Source: Candidatus Heimdallarchaeota archaeon (GTDB lineage: Archaea; Asgardarchaeota; Heimdallarchaeia; JABLTI01). Taken from it: 64,000 nucleotides of DNA. The position numbers and the translations under genes are program-made. How positions within the stretch are numbered: position 1 is the stretch's first letter; each line of letters starts with the position of its first letter. Below the pieces are notes generated by a model, which saw only the letters and a program-made list of their open reading frames with translations, ran no database searches and was not told where the DNA came from. Below, one piece after another: positions 56,944-64,000 of the stretch. The DNA is taken from the NCBI GenBank assembly GCA_018238155.1, contig JABCTZ010000003.1:32001-96000 (forward strand), written 5' to 3'.

Positions 56944-57129
56944 ATGGTGTTTTTGAAAGTGCCTGTTGAAATCGATTACAAAGTTTGTGGATTCTGTTTA
57001 GGTTGTGCAACAATTTGTCCTGAGAATCTCTACTATATTGAGAATAATAAATTGGAGATTAGTGAAGGATGCACTGATTGTGGTCAATGTATTGAATGTT
57101 GCCCTGTAACAGCGATTTCTGAGGTCTAA
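56944..57129 (+). CDS. 2x[4Fe-4S] ferredoxin
   Basis: CGFCLGCATICP and CTDCGQCIECCP. Confidence 0.88.
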   Translation: MVFLKVPVEIDYKVCGFCLGCATICPENLYYIENNKLEISEGCTDCGQCIECCPVTAISEV

Positions 57130-57188
57130 TTTATTTAAATCACTTTTTGAATTATTATAATTTAAATGAAGAGCATAGGTGATATGAC

Positions 57189-57497
57189 ATGACTGTTTCC
57201 GAAGGCGATCGAGTATTAGCAAATTGGCGTCAAGATGATTATTGGTATGCTTGTACTATTCAAGAAATAGATGAATTGAATATTCAAGTAATTTATGATG
57301 AAGGCACTGTTGAAATATTAACTATTGAATATATTAGACCAATAGGAATTGAAAATGAGGATTCTATTGAAGGTCGATGGGTGGGTGGGGAAAACTATTA
57401 CCCAGGTTCTGTTCTCAAAGTCAAAGGCGAAAATGTTAAAATTGAATATCGTGATGGAAAAAAAGAATGGTTACCAATGAGTCTCGTGCGATTTTAA
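57189..57497 (+). CDS. Tandem Tudor/Agenet-like domain protein
   Basis: GDRVLANW..DDYWYACTI...VIYDEG and IEGRW...YYPGSV...IEYRDG; GGTGA SD. Confidence 0.75.
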   Translation: MTVSEGDRVLANWRQDDYWYACTIQEIDELNIQVIYDEGTVEILTIEYIRPIGIENEDSIEGRWVGGENYYPGSVLKVKGENVKIEYRDGKKEWLPMSLVRF

Positions 57498-57611
57498 TAG
57501 CTTTTGCTCCATTTATTCTCTAGCTATTTTCTCAGTACTATGCGCATATTCTTTGTATTTTAATGTAAGAAGCTGAATAATATGTATTGGTAATTCATGG
57601 AGGATTAACAA

Positions 57612-58037
57612 TTGGCTATATTAACAGCTTTAGGAATTATTGGTGTAGGTACAATTTTAGGCTCATCCGCCTTCTTCCTTTTTAGAAGGAAAACAAGAGA
57701 CCATCTTCAAAATCTCGAGCAAAAAGAGGTGTTAACTTTAACACTCCGGGGTTTACACGATGTAGATATGATTTGTGATACAGTTTCAAGGGGTAATGTA
57801 GTTATTCTCGGAGTACGAGACCTTGCACGATTGGATATGATTCGTCTCAAGCGTTCTATTCAACAATTGAAATCGTTTACAAGAACCTATGGCGGAGATA
57901 TCGTTGCTTTAGGTAAGGATTTTGTGGTTGTCGTTCCTCCAAACATGAAATTATCATTGATCAAACGACTGCTTGAAAATGAAGACTCAGATGAAATCAC
58001 TCCACCTGAACCTCCAACAGAGGTAGGAACTATATGA
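57612..58037 (+). CDS. sepF: Cell division protein SepF with an N-terminal transmembrane helix
   Basis: GNVVILGVRDL...LKRSIQQLK...GGDIVALGKDFVVVVPP; GGAGG SD. Confidence 0.8.
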   Translation: MAILTALGIIGVGTILGSSAFFLFRRKTRDHLQNLEQKEVLTLTLRGLHDVDMICDTVSRGNVVILGVRDLARLDMIRLKRSIQQLKSFTRTYGGDIVALGKDFVVVVPPNMKLSLIKRLLENEDSDEITPPEPPTEVGTI

Positions 58038-58444
58038 ATTCAATCATTGCTAATCGTATCTATAATTTAGTTGCTGCCGATCAAGCAAAAATAGCTCTAT
58101 TGAATTTACTTTCAGATGGAAAATGGCACACGAGTTTTGAGTTGGAATCTACTGCAAAAGATCAACGACCAACCATTGGTCTTGTGGGCATTTGTATAAT
58201 ACTAAAAGCATTACAAGATGCAGATGCAGAACTCTTTGAAGTATATGATAATGACTCAGGACGATTCTATCGTTTGAATCCTCAAAGAGCATCCATGGTT
58301 AAAAAAATCGTCGAGCATAAAATGAGGAACAAAAAAGAAGTACACTCTTCTTCAGCGAAAGAATTCAAGAAATTCAAAGAACGATCGCGAACCACAAGAA
58401 AAGAAGAAAAAGATTTCGATGAGGAACTAAAACAATTTTTGTAA
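58034..58444 (+). CDS. Hypothetical winged-helix-like protein
   Basis: LLNLLSDGKWHTSFEL...FYRLNP; overlaps the sepF stop (ATGA). Confidence 0.55.
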   Translation: MNSIIANRIYNLVAADQAKIALLNLLSDGKWHTSFELESTAKDQRPTIGLVGICIILKALQDADAELFEVYDNDSGRFYRLNPQRASMVKKIVEHKMRNKKEVHSSSAKEFKKFKERSRTTRKEEKDFDEELKQFL

Positions 58445-58531
58445 CTTCTTCCTCATACTTTTATTTTTGCTACTTTTTTTTAACGAAAAAGATATGTGAG
58501 ATTAGAGTCACAAAATCATTTCGTGAAATCA

Positions 58532-59761
58532 CTATTTGAATAAAGCATCGGTAATAAGCTTAACCAAGGAAGGATCCTTTTTCATAAGTTTCGTACCAAG
58601 TTTGATTTGTTTCCAGCGACCTCTTATTGCTTTTATCAAATCTTCACCATCTAAGGCTTCAATAATGTTGTTCATTTGTTCATTGGTGATTTTATCTAAT
58701 ATTTTTCGCGCCTTTAATCCCATGCCAAATGAAGCACCATAAACTTTCTGCCAATAACCTTCATACTTCTTTCTCAAAAAGCTCTCACTAAAATTCTCTT
58801 TCTCGAATGCTTCAACCAAAGTATCACTTATCATCTTCCCGGCTTCCATGCCATAAGCAATTCCGCCACCTGTAAGCGGATTAACTTGTCTAGCAGCATC
58901 ACCAACCAGAAGTACTCTATCAGTAGCGAATTTGTCTAATACTCCTCCAACTGGGATTGCTCCTATGCGTTCTTCGATAATAGTAGCATTTTTGAAGCGT
59001 CTCTTCCCTTCTGGATGATTGAAAATAAAGTCGTCAAGATATTCTTTAACAGGTTTCTTAGCAAAACCAACACCTATTCCAAGACCAACATTAGCACAAT
59101 GCTCTCCTTTGGGGAAAACCCAAATATATCCACGCGGAACAAGCTCTTCTCCAACGTAAAGATCAAACATACTCTGTTCTGGAAAATCTACACCAACCAT
59201 TTCATAACCTACTGAAGTATCCAAATCGATAGGCTCAATTGGTTCAGCAAGCCCAACATCTCGAGCAACAGTACTATAAATACCATCAGCGCCAATAACA
59301 ACTGGTGCCGTATAAGTAATTTTTTTTCCTTTACATTCAGTTTTTAGAGTAACACACTTTTCTTTGTCAATTTTTGTATGTAATACTCGAGTGTTTAAAT
59401 CGATTTCAGCTCCTTCGCGAACAGCAGCAATGAGCATTTCTTTATCAAAAACTCTCCGATCAACAACCCACCCCTCACCTGTTGGAAGCCTATAATCAAT
59501 GCTTTTCATATTGGGGCTGAAAACTCGGAACCCTTCAATAACAGCTCGAACAGCATTTTCTGGCATAGGTATTTTTAAGATATCCTCAAATGTATCTCGA
59601 GCAACAGCCTCACCACAACGAACAGGAATACCTACATGACTTTTTGCTTCAAGAATCTTCACACGAAATCCTTCTTGGGCCAAAAATCTCGCAGTCGTTG
59701 ACCCTGCAGGACCGCTTCCTACAACTATAATATCTGTTTTACTTGAATTAGAATCGCTCAT
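58532..59761 (-). CDS. Geranylgeranyl reductase family (digeranylgeranylglycerophospholipid reductase)
   Basis: VGSGPAG, PVRCGE, GADG, GYIWVFPKG, VGDAARQVNPLTGGGI; likely start is ATG 59761. Confidence 0.92.
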   Translation of the reverse strand: MSDSNSSKTDIIVVGSGPAGSTTARFLAQEGFRVKILEAKSHVGIPVRCGEAVARDTFEDILKIPMPENAVRAVIEGFRVFSPNMKSIDYRLPTGEGWVVDRRVFDKEMLIAAVREGAEIDLNTRVLHTKIDKEKCVTLKTECKGKKITYTAPVVIGADGIYSTVARDVGLAEPIEPIDLDTSVGYEMVGVDFPEQSMFDLYVGEELVPRGYIWVFPKGEHCANVGLGIGVGFAKKPVKEYLDDFIFNHPEGKRRFKNATIIEERIGAIPVGGVLDKFATDRVLLVGDAARQVNPLTGGGIAYGMEAGKMISDTLVEAFEKENFSESFLRKKYEGYWQKVYGASFGMGLKARKILDKITNEQMNNIIEALDGEDLIKAIRGRWKQIKLGTKLMKKDPSLVKLITDALFK

Positions 59762-59844
59762 TATACAGCTTCCTCGGTGTTTAGGATAATTTTTGTCTTT
59801 TAACTTTTCGATAAGAAAAAGAAAAACTTGCTTCAAATTAGGGA

Positions 59845-61308
59845 TTAGATATCAGTAATCTTCTTGATATCAAAATCAGAAAATTTGAAGTTTTTAGCTA
59901 ATTCTTTGATCACATCATCCTCTAATGATATTCCAGGATATTTTTTGATTAGTTTCCCTACTCTCTCTTTTGCTCGGTCTCCTATAGACTTTCGACCATT
60001 TGTTATCCATTCTTCTTTCGTTCCTCGATCAACAATAGAGCTAGGAATGTACTGCTCTTTTCTGAACCATTTTAGAGTATGGTCATGTGCTAATAGATGA
60101 GTTGTTTTCTCATCAAAGAGATTCAATAGATCTTTAGCTATTGGTTCATCTCTTTGAGTAATCCCTTCAATAAACTTGTAAGTCATACCGCAGATTTCGT
60201 TATCTATGATAACCTTCTGAATGCTTTGTGTGGTCTCAAAATCTATCATACCAGCTCCTGAAATCATATTCACGCCCTTAATCCCTGCTAACAATGCACC
60301 CATACCTGTTTCAAAACCAGCTTGCATGTCGAGTATTTTTGCATCAGACATACCTAAATATGCGTGAGTAGGAATGTTAAGATATTTCCCAACCTCAGTA
60401 TAGCCTATGTCAAGCATCATCGTATCAATAGAACCCATTGGCGTTGTTCCTTTTCTCATATCAAAAACTGCCGGAGAACCACCCCAAATTACTGGAGCAC
60501 CAGGAGAAACAAGCTGAGTAATAACAACTCCAGCCAAGGTTTCAGCTGCATGTTGGACTATTGAGCCTAAAATTGTTACAGGAGCATTAGCTCCGGTCAT
60601 TGGCATTGAAATGAACTCAGAGGGGATGCCATATTTTGCTGCATCAATAATACTTTGACAGGTTAGGTCGCTCCATTTAAGTGGTGGGGAAGGACAAGCA
60701 TCAAATATTGCCAAAGGTTTTTCGCGCAATTTCTGCTCACTACCTCTAATAGTAACAAGCATGTCTTTCATTTTTGTAAATGATTCTTTTTTGAAAGTAC
60801 CAGTTATAACAGGTTTCTTTGAAAATAATAAACAAATCAAAAGACGATACATGTCCGACACATTTTCCGGAACATCAGAACAAATAATGGCTGTACTTTG
60901 AGCATGGATATACTCTAATTGTTCTACCACTTTTGTAAATTCAACAAAATCCTTGGTGTATGCCTCTCGTATTTCATTTGTTTCTGTATCCAGTACACGT
61001 AATGCTGCAGAACCAGGGTCAAAACAAATATTATCTCCTTCTAAAACAGCTGATTGATTTCCATCTCTATCATACAGTGTTATGGAAGATGGGACACTTT
61101 TCAAAGCTTTCTTGGTAACATCAATAGGTATTTTCGCTCTTCTGCTTTTGGAGTCAACCTCCAAACCATTCTTCTGAAGAAGCTCGATTGCTTCTTTGTT
61201 TTCAGCAAAAAAACCTATTTCTGCAAGGATTTCCATTGCTTCATTAATAACTTTCTTTGTGAGTTCTTTTTCTAGTACTTTTATTGTAGGGCGAATAGCT
61301 GCTTTCAT
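59845..61308 (-). CDS. MttB-superfamily (trimethylamine methyltransferase family) non-pyrrolysine methyltransferase
   Basis: PSPPLKW, GANAPVT, AETLAG, PGAPVIWG, FDMRKG, GMSDAKILDMQAGFE; no in-frame TAG. Confidence 0.9.
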   Translation of the reverse strand: MKAAIRPTIKVLEKELTKKVINEAMEILAEIGFFAENKEAIELLQKNGLEVDSKSRRAKIPIDVTKKALKSVPSSITLYDRDGNQSAVLEGDNICFDPGSAALRVLDTETNEIREAYTKDFVEFTKVVEQLEYIHAQSTAIICSDVPENVSDMYRLLICLLFSKKPVITGTFKKESFTKMKDMLVTIRGSEQKLREKPLAIFDACPSPPLKWSDLTCQSIIDAAKYGIPSEFISMPMTGANAPVTILGSIVQHAAETLAGVVITQLVSPGAPVIWGGSPAVFDMRKGTTPMGSIDTMMLDIGYTEVGKYLNIPTHAYLGMSDAKILDMQAGFETGMGALLAGIKGVNMISGAGMIDFETTQSIQKVIIDNEICGMTYKFIEGITQRDEPIAKDLLNLFDEKTTHLLAHDHTLKWFRKEQYIPSSIVDRGTKEEWITNGRKSIGDRAKERVGKLIKKYPGISLEDDVIKELAKNFKFSDFDIKKITDI

Positions 61309-61316
61309 TTTTTTCT

Positions 61317-61976
61317 TTATCTCCTATAATTACAATCGACTAAATCGCATGTATTACACTCTTTTATCCCTAAGTCTTTTTCTACCTTTTTTCCAATGTT
61401 AATTGCAAACGAAACCGATTTTCTTGGATTCATCATAAATGAAGGCGATAATTTCACATTTATCTTATTAACTGGTAGTAAAGAGAAAATAAGTTGTTGG
61501 CCTTCTTTTACAGACCATCGGCAGTAACCAGGGCTAAATCTTGCAGTATGCTTATTCTCTTGAAGGATCTCTGTATTTTCCTCTAGTATTATTTTAGTTA
61601 ACTGTGAAGCGGTTTCTTCTGCTGCATTGGAAGCGATTGCATCTAAAATCACTCCTTTTGCGAGTTCACCCTTACTCATCAATTTTGAAATTCCATTTTC
61701 TAATGTTTTTGATATTGTACAAACGGCAATAATCGTTCTGTCAGATAGGTCAAAGAGATGTCTTGGCAACAAATCTTTACTCAAGAATATGTCATATATT
61801 GCTTTTGTTTCAATCAATTCTAGAGCCTCTTTTTTCATAACTTCAATGTCTTCTAACAGCTGAGGAGAAGCCTCCTTTGGGACTTTGCCTTTTTGTGAAG
61901 AAGAATTATTACTTCGTAATAATTGAAGTATCTCTTGATTATCTAGCGATATTCCAATTTGCTCTAAAATTCTCAA
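61317..61976 (-). CDS. Stand-alone B12-dependent methionine synthase activation-domain protein
   Basis: LDAIAS, RFSPGYCRW, MNPRKSVS, C-terminal CNTCDLVDCNYRR. Confidence 0.85.
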   Translation of the reverse strand: MRILEQIGISLDNQEILQLLRSNNSSSQKGKVPKEASPQLLEDIEVMKKEALELIETKAIYDIFLSKDLLPRHLFDLSDRTIIAVCTISKTLENGISKLMSKGELAKGVILDAIASNAAEETASQLTKIILEENTEILQENKHTARFSPGYCRWSVKEGQQLIFSLLPVNKINVKLSPSFMMNPRKSVSFAINIGKKVEKDLGIKECNTCDLVDCNYRR

Positions 61977-61980
61977 ATCA

Positions 61981-62868
61981 TTATCCCTTCAAAATTTCAG
62001 CAATCTTTCTAATATATCGTGGATCAGTTCCACAACACCCTCCAACAACATTTGCTCTGGCATTCACTATCTGAACAATGTCTCGAGCAAAATCCTCTGC
62101 ATTAGTTGGATAGACGGTTTCTCCATTCCTTAACTCAGGCATCCCTGCATTTGGTTTAGCACAGATAGGTAGTTTCGTAGCATCTCGTAATTGAATAATC
62201 AACTTAATCATATCATCACTGCCAATGGTGCAATTTGCTCCAATAACATCTGCACCTGCTTTTTCGAGAATGGTTACACATTGTTCTATTGAGTTGCCCA
62301 TCACAGTGAAGTAGCCACGCTTGGTTTTTTGATAAGTAATCGAAGCAAAGATAGGTATGTTTCCTACTTTTCGCGCAGCAAGAACAGCTGCTTCAGCTTC
62401 TTTGATATCCATCATTGTTTCAATGAAAAAGAAATCAATACCGTTTTCAGCTAAAATCTTCGCTTGTTCTAAGAAATTCTCTGAAAAATCATCAATAGTA
62501 GCTTTCCCTACAGGTGGAAGGAACTTGCCTGTCGGACCGATATCTCCTCCAACAAAACAATTTTCAGGGCAAACACTTCGGACAATTTCCACTGCTTTAG
62601 CGTTATATTCTTCTACTTTATCTCCATGCTGTTGAGCATCAAGCTTGATTCTAGTTCCACCAAAAGTATTGGTAAAAACCGCATCTGAACCTGCATCAAA
62701 GTAGCTCTTGTGAATTTGCTTTACTTTTTCTGGCGCAGTAACATTCCAGCTTTCGGAAGGAGTGCCAGCAGGTAATCCAGTAGAAATAAGCTCAGAACCC
62801 ATTGCACCATCTAATAAAACAACATGTTCATTGATGAGATCAAGTATTGATTTCCTAGCAGTCAGCAA
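61981..62868 (-). CDS. Homocysteine S-methyltransferase domain protein
   Basis: LDGAMGSEL, TNTFG, GDIGPTG, IETM, GANC, PNAG, GGCCGT (Zn ligands). Confidence 0.92.
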   Translation of the reverse strand: MLTARKSILDLINEHVVLLDGAMGSELISTGLPAGTPSESWNVTAPEKVKQIHKSYFDAGSDAVFTNTFGGTRIKLDAQQHGDKVEEYNAKAVEIVRSVCPENCFVGGDIGPTGKFLPPVGKATIDDFSENFLEQAKILAENGIDFFFIETMMDIKEAEAAVLAARKVGNIPIFASITYQKTKRGYFTVMGNSIEQCVTILEKAGADVIGANCTIGSDDMIKLIIQLRDATKLPICAKPNAGMPELRNGETVYPTNAEDFARDIVQIVNARANVVGGCCGTDPRYIRKIAEILKG

Positions 62869-62877
62869 GATCCCGCC

Positions 62878-63543
62878 TTAATGTGCCATTAATTCTTTAG
62901 CAAGTTTAACAGCACTAATTGCATTCTCTGCAGTACCATCTGCACCTATTTCAGCAACCCAATTCTTTGATACAGGAGCACCACCAAGAAGCACTTTGAA
63001 ACGGTCGCGGATGTTTTGTTTCACTAATTGGTTTATGAGCTTCTTTTGACCAACCATTGTTGTAGTTAGCAAAGCAGAGATGCATATCAAATCAGCATTA
63101 ACCTCTAATGCTTTCTCAATAAAAGCTGTAACAGAAACATCTGCACCCAAATCATAAACTTCAAAACCTTCTGCAGCAAGCATAGAGGCAACTAAGGTTT
63201 TGCCAATATCATGAATATCGCCTTCAATTGTACCAATTACAACAGTTCCTAAAGATCGGGTTTCAACTTCACTAGAAGATAAATGAGGGGTTAAAATTCC
63301 CATAGCTGCTTTCATAGCCTCAGCACTACGCATCAATTCAGGTAAGAAATATTCTCCTTCATCAAACAAGCTACCAACATGGCGAATGGCATCAGAATAA
63401 GCATCAATAACCGTATTTAGATTCAATTTATTAGCTAGAGCTTGATTAGCTAATTCGCTTGCTTTCTCGATATCTCCTTGAACAATCGCTTTTTTACACT
63501 CATCAAAAATTACCAAATGTTTGTTCCACCTTAAATTTCTCAA
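62878..63543 (-). CDS. Corrinoid (cobalamin-binding) methyl-carrier protein
   Basis: YFLPEL, GDIHDIGK (DxHxxG), SALLTTT, GGAP; true start probably near 63516. Confidence 0.92.
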   Translation of the reverse strand: MRNLRWNKHLVIFDECKKAIVQGDIEKASELANQALANKLNLNTVIDAYSDAIRHVGSLFDEGEYFLPELMRSAEAMKAAMGILTPHLSSSEVETRSLGTVVIGTIEGDIHDIGKTLVASMLAAEGFEVYDLGADVSVTAFIEKALEVNADLICISALLTTTMVGQKKLINQLVKQNIRDRFKVLLGGAPVSKNWVAEIGADGTAENAISAVKLAKELMAH

Positions 63544-63608
63544 ACAAAACTATTAAGTTAAAGCATCTGTGATAGTTTACCACAATAGAAATAGGTACCA
63601 ATGCTTAA

Positions 63609-63998
63609 CTATTTAGCTTTCGCTCTCTCAAGATAGTCTTGAACCATATGTTCAACGGAGTGATAGTGAAGAGCAATTGACAATTCTTCAAGAGTTCTAT
63701 ATGCAGCATCTCGAATTTCCTTGTTGGAATCATTTTTGTACACATTATGAAGACGTGGGATAAAGCTTACATCATCAATTTTCCCCATAGCCAATGTAGC
63801 AATAAGTCTAAGTTTATCATCACAGGCAGGTTCAAGACACTTTACTAGCAGATCTTTTGTTTCAGGAGTATCAAACGAGCCGATGATTTCCAATAAACAA
63901 GCTTGAATATCACTTGATTTTTTATTATACAATTCCAAAAGCTTTGGTACAATACTCTCTTCTCTCAAATAAATAACCGTTCCAACAAGAACATTGCG
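63609..63998 (-). CDS. HEAT-repeat protein, 5'-truncated by the window edge
   Basis: LRLIATLAMGKI, EIRDAAYRTL; frame open to the window end. Confidence 0.7.
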   Translation of the reverse strand, partial: RNVLVGTVIYLREESIVPKLLELYNKKSSDIQACLLEIIGSFDTPETKDLLVKCLEPACDDKLRLIATLAMGKIDDVSFIPRLHNVYKNDSNKEIRDAAYRTLEELSIALHYHSVEHMVQDYLERAKAK

Positions 63999-64000
63999 AA

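Noticed and set aside
59845-61308. Pyrrolysine-containing MttB or methanogenesis
   Set aside because: No in-frame amber codon, Met at the equivalent position, and no pyl or mcr genes in the window.
385-62635. Numerous short antisense or out-of-frame ORFs in the track (e.g. 13691-14344, 37649-38170, 54309-54653)
   Set aside because: They are shadows of well-supported genes and carry no motifs of their own.
1-64000. CRISPR arrays, tRNA/rRNA genes, transposases, integrases, reverse transcriptases
   Set aside because: None recognised by eye. A tRNAscan-SE, Infernal or CRISPR-finder run would be needed to exclude divergent cases.

Overview
AT-rich archaeal chromosomal segment with about 55 coding regions. 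No rRNA, tRNA, CRISPR array or transposase was recognised. ArcS/RaSEA, CofE, geranylgeranyl reductase, an archaeal CDP-alcohol phosphatidyltransferase and SepF mark it as archaeal. Eukaryote-like PriS/PriL, PCI- and Tudor-domain proteins and bacterial-type MutS/MutL suggest an Asgard (Heimdallarchaeia-like) host (inference). Main blocks: an archaeosine cluster (arcS, RaSEA, DUF366, queD); a PadR plus heterodimeric ABC exporter; an accessory stretch with a radical SAM, TPR proteins, an SDR and a class-III aminotransferase; an AT-rich FtsX/LolD-type ABC locus bracketed by two paralogous secreted C2-like proteins; mutS-mutL; a sortase-type surface protein; MetAP2; XPD, priS and priL; and a corrinoid/homocysteine-methyltransferase/MttB operon. 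Leading candidates for novelty: (1) a tandem-GNAT protein that aligns end to end with eukaryotic N-myristoyltransferase, in a genome that also has a MetAP2 with a eukaryote-style Lys-rich N-terminal tail; (2) an unannotated GC-rich structured element of about 240 nt at 47.94-48.20 kb; (3) the C2-like/ABC export locus; (4) a split, MttB-fed methionine synthase; (5) a transmembrane-anchored SepF. All family calls come from motif recognition by eye, and reference motifs are quoted from memory. No database search was run.
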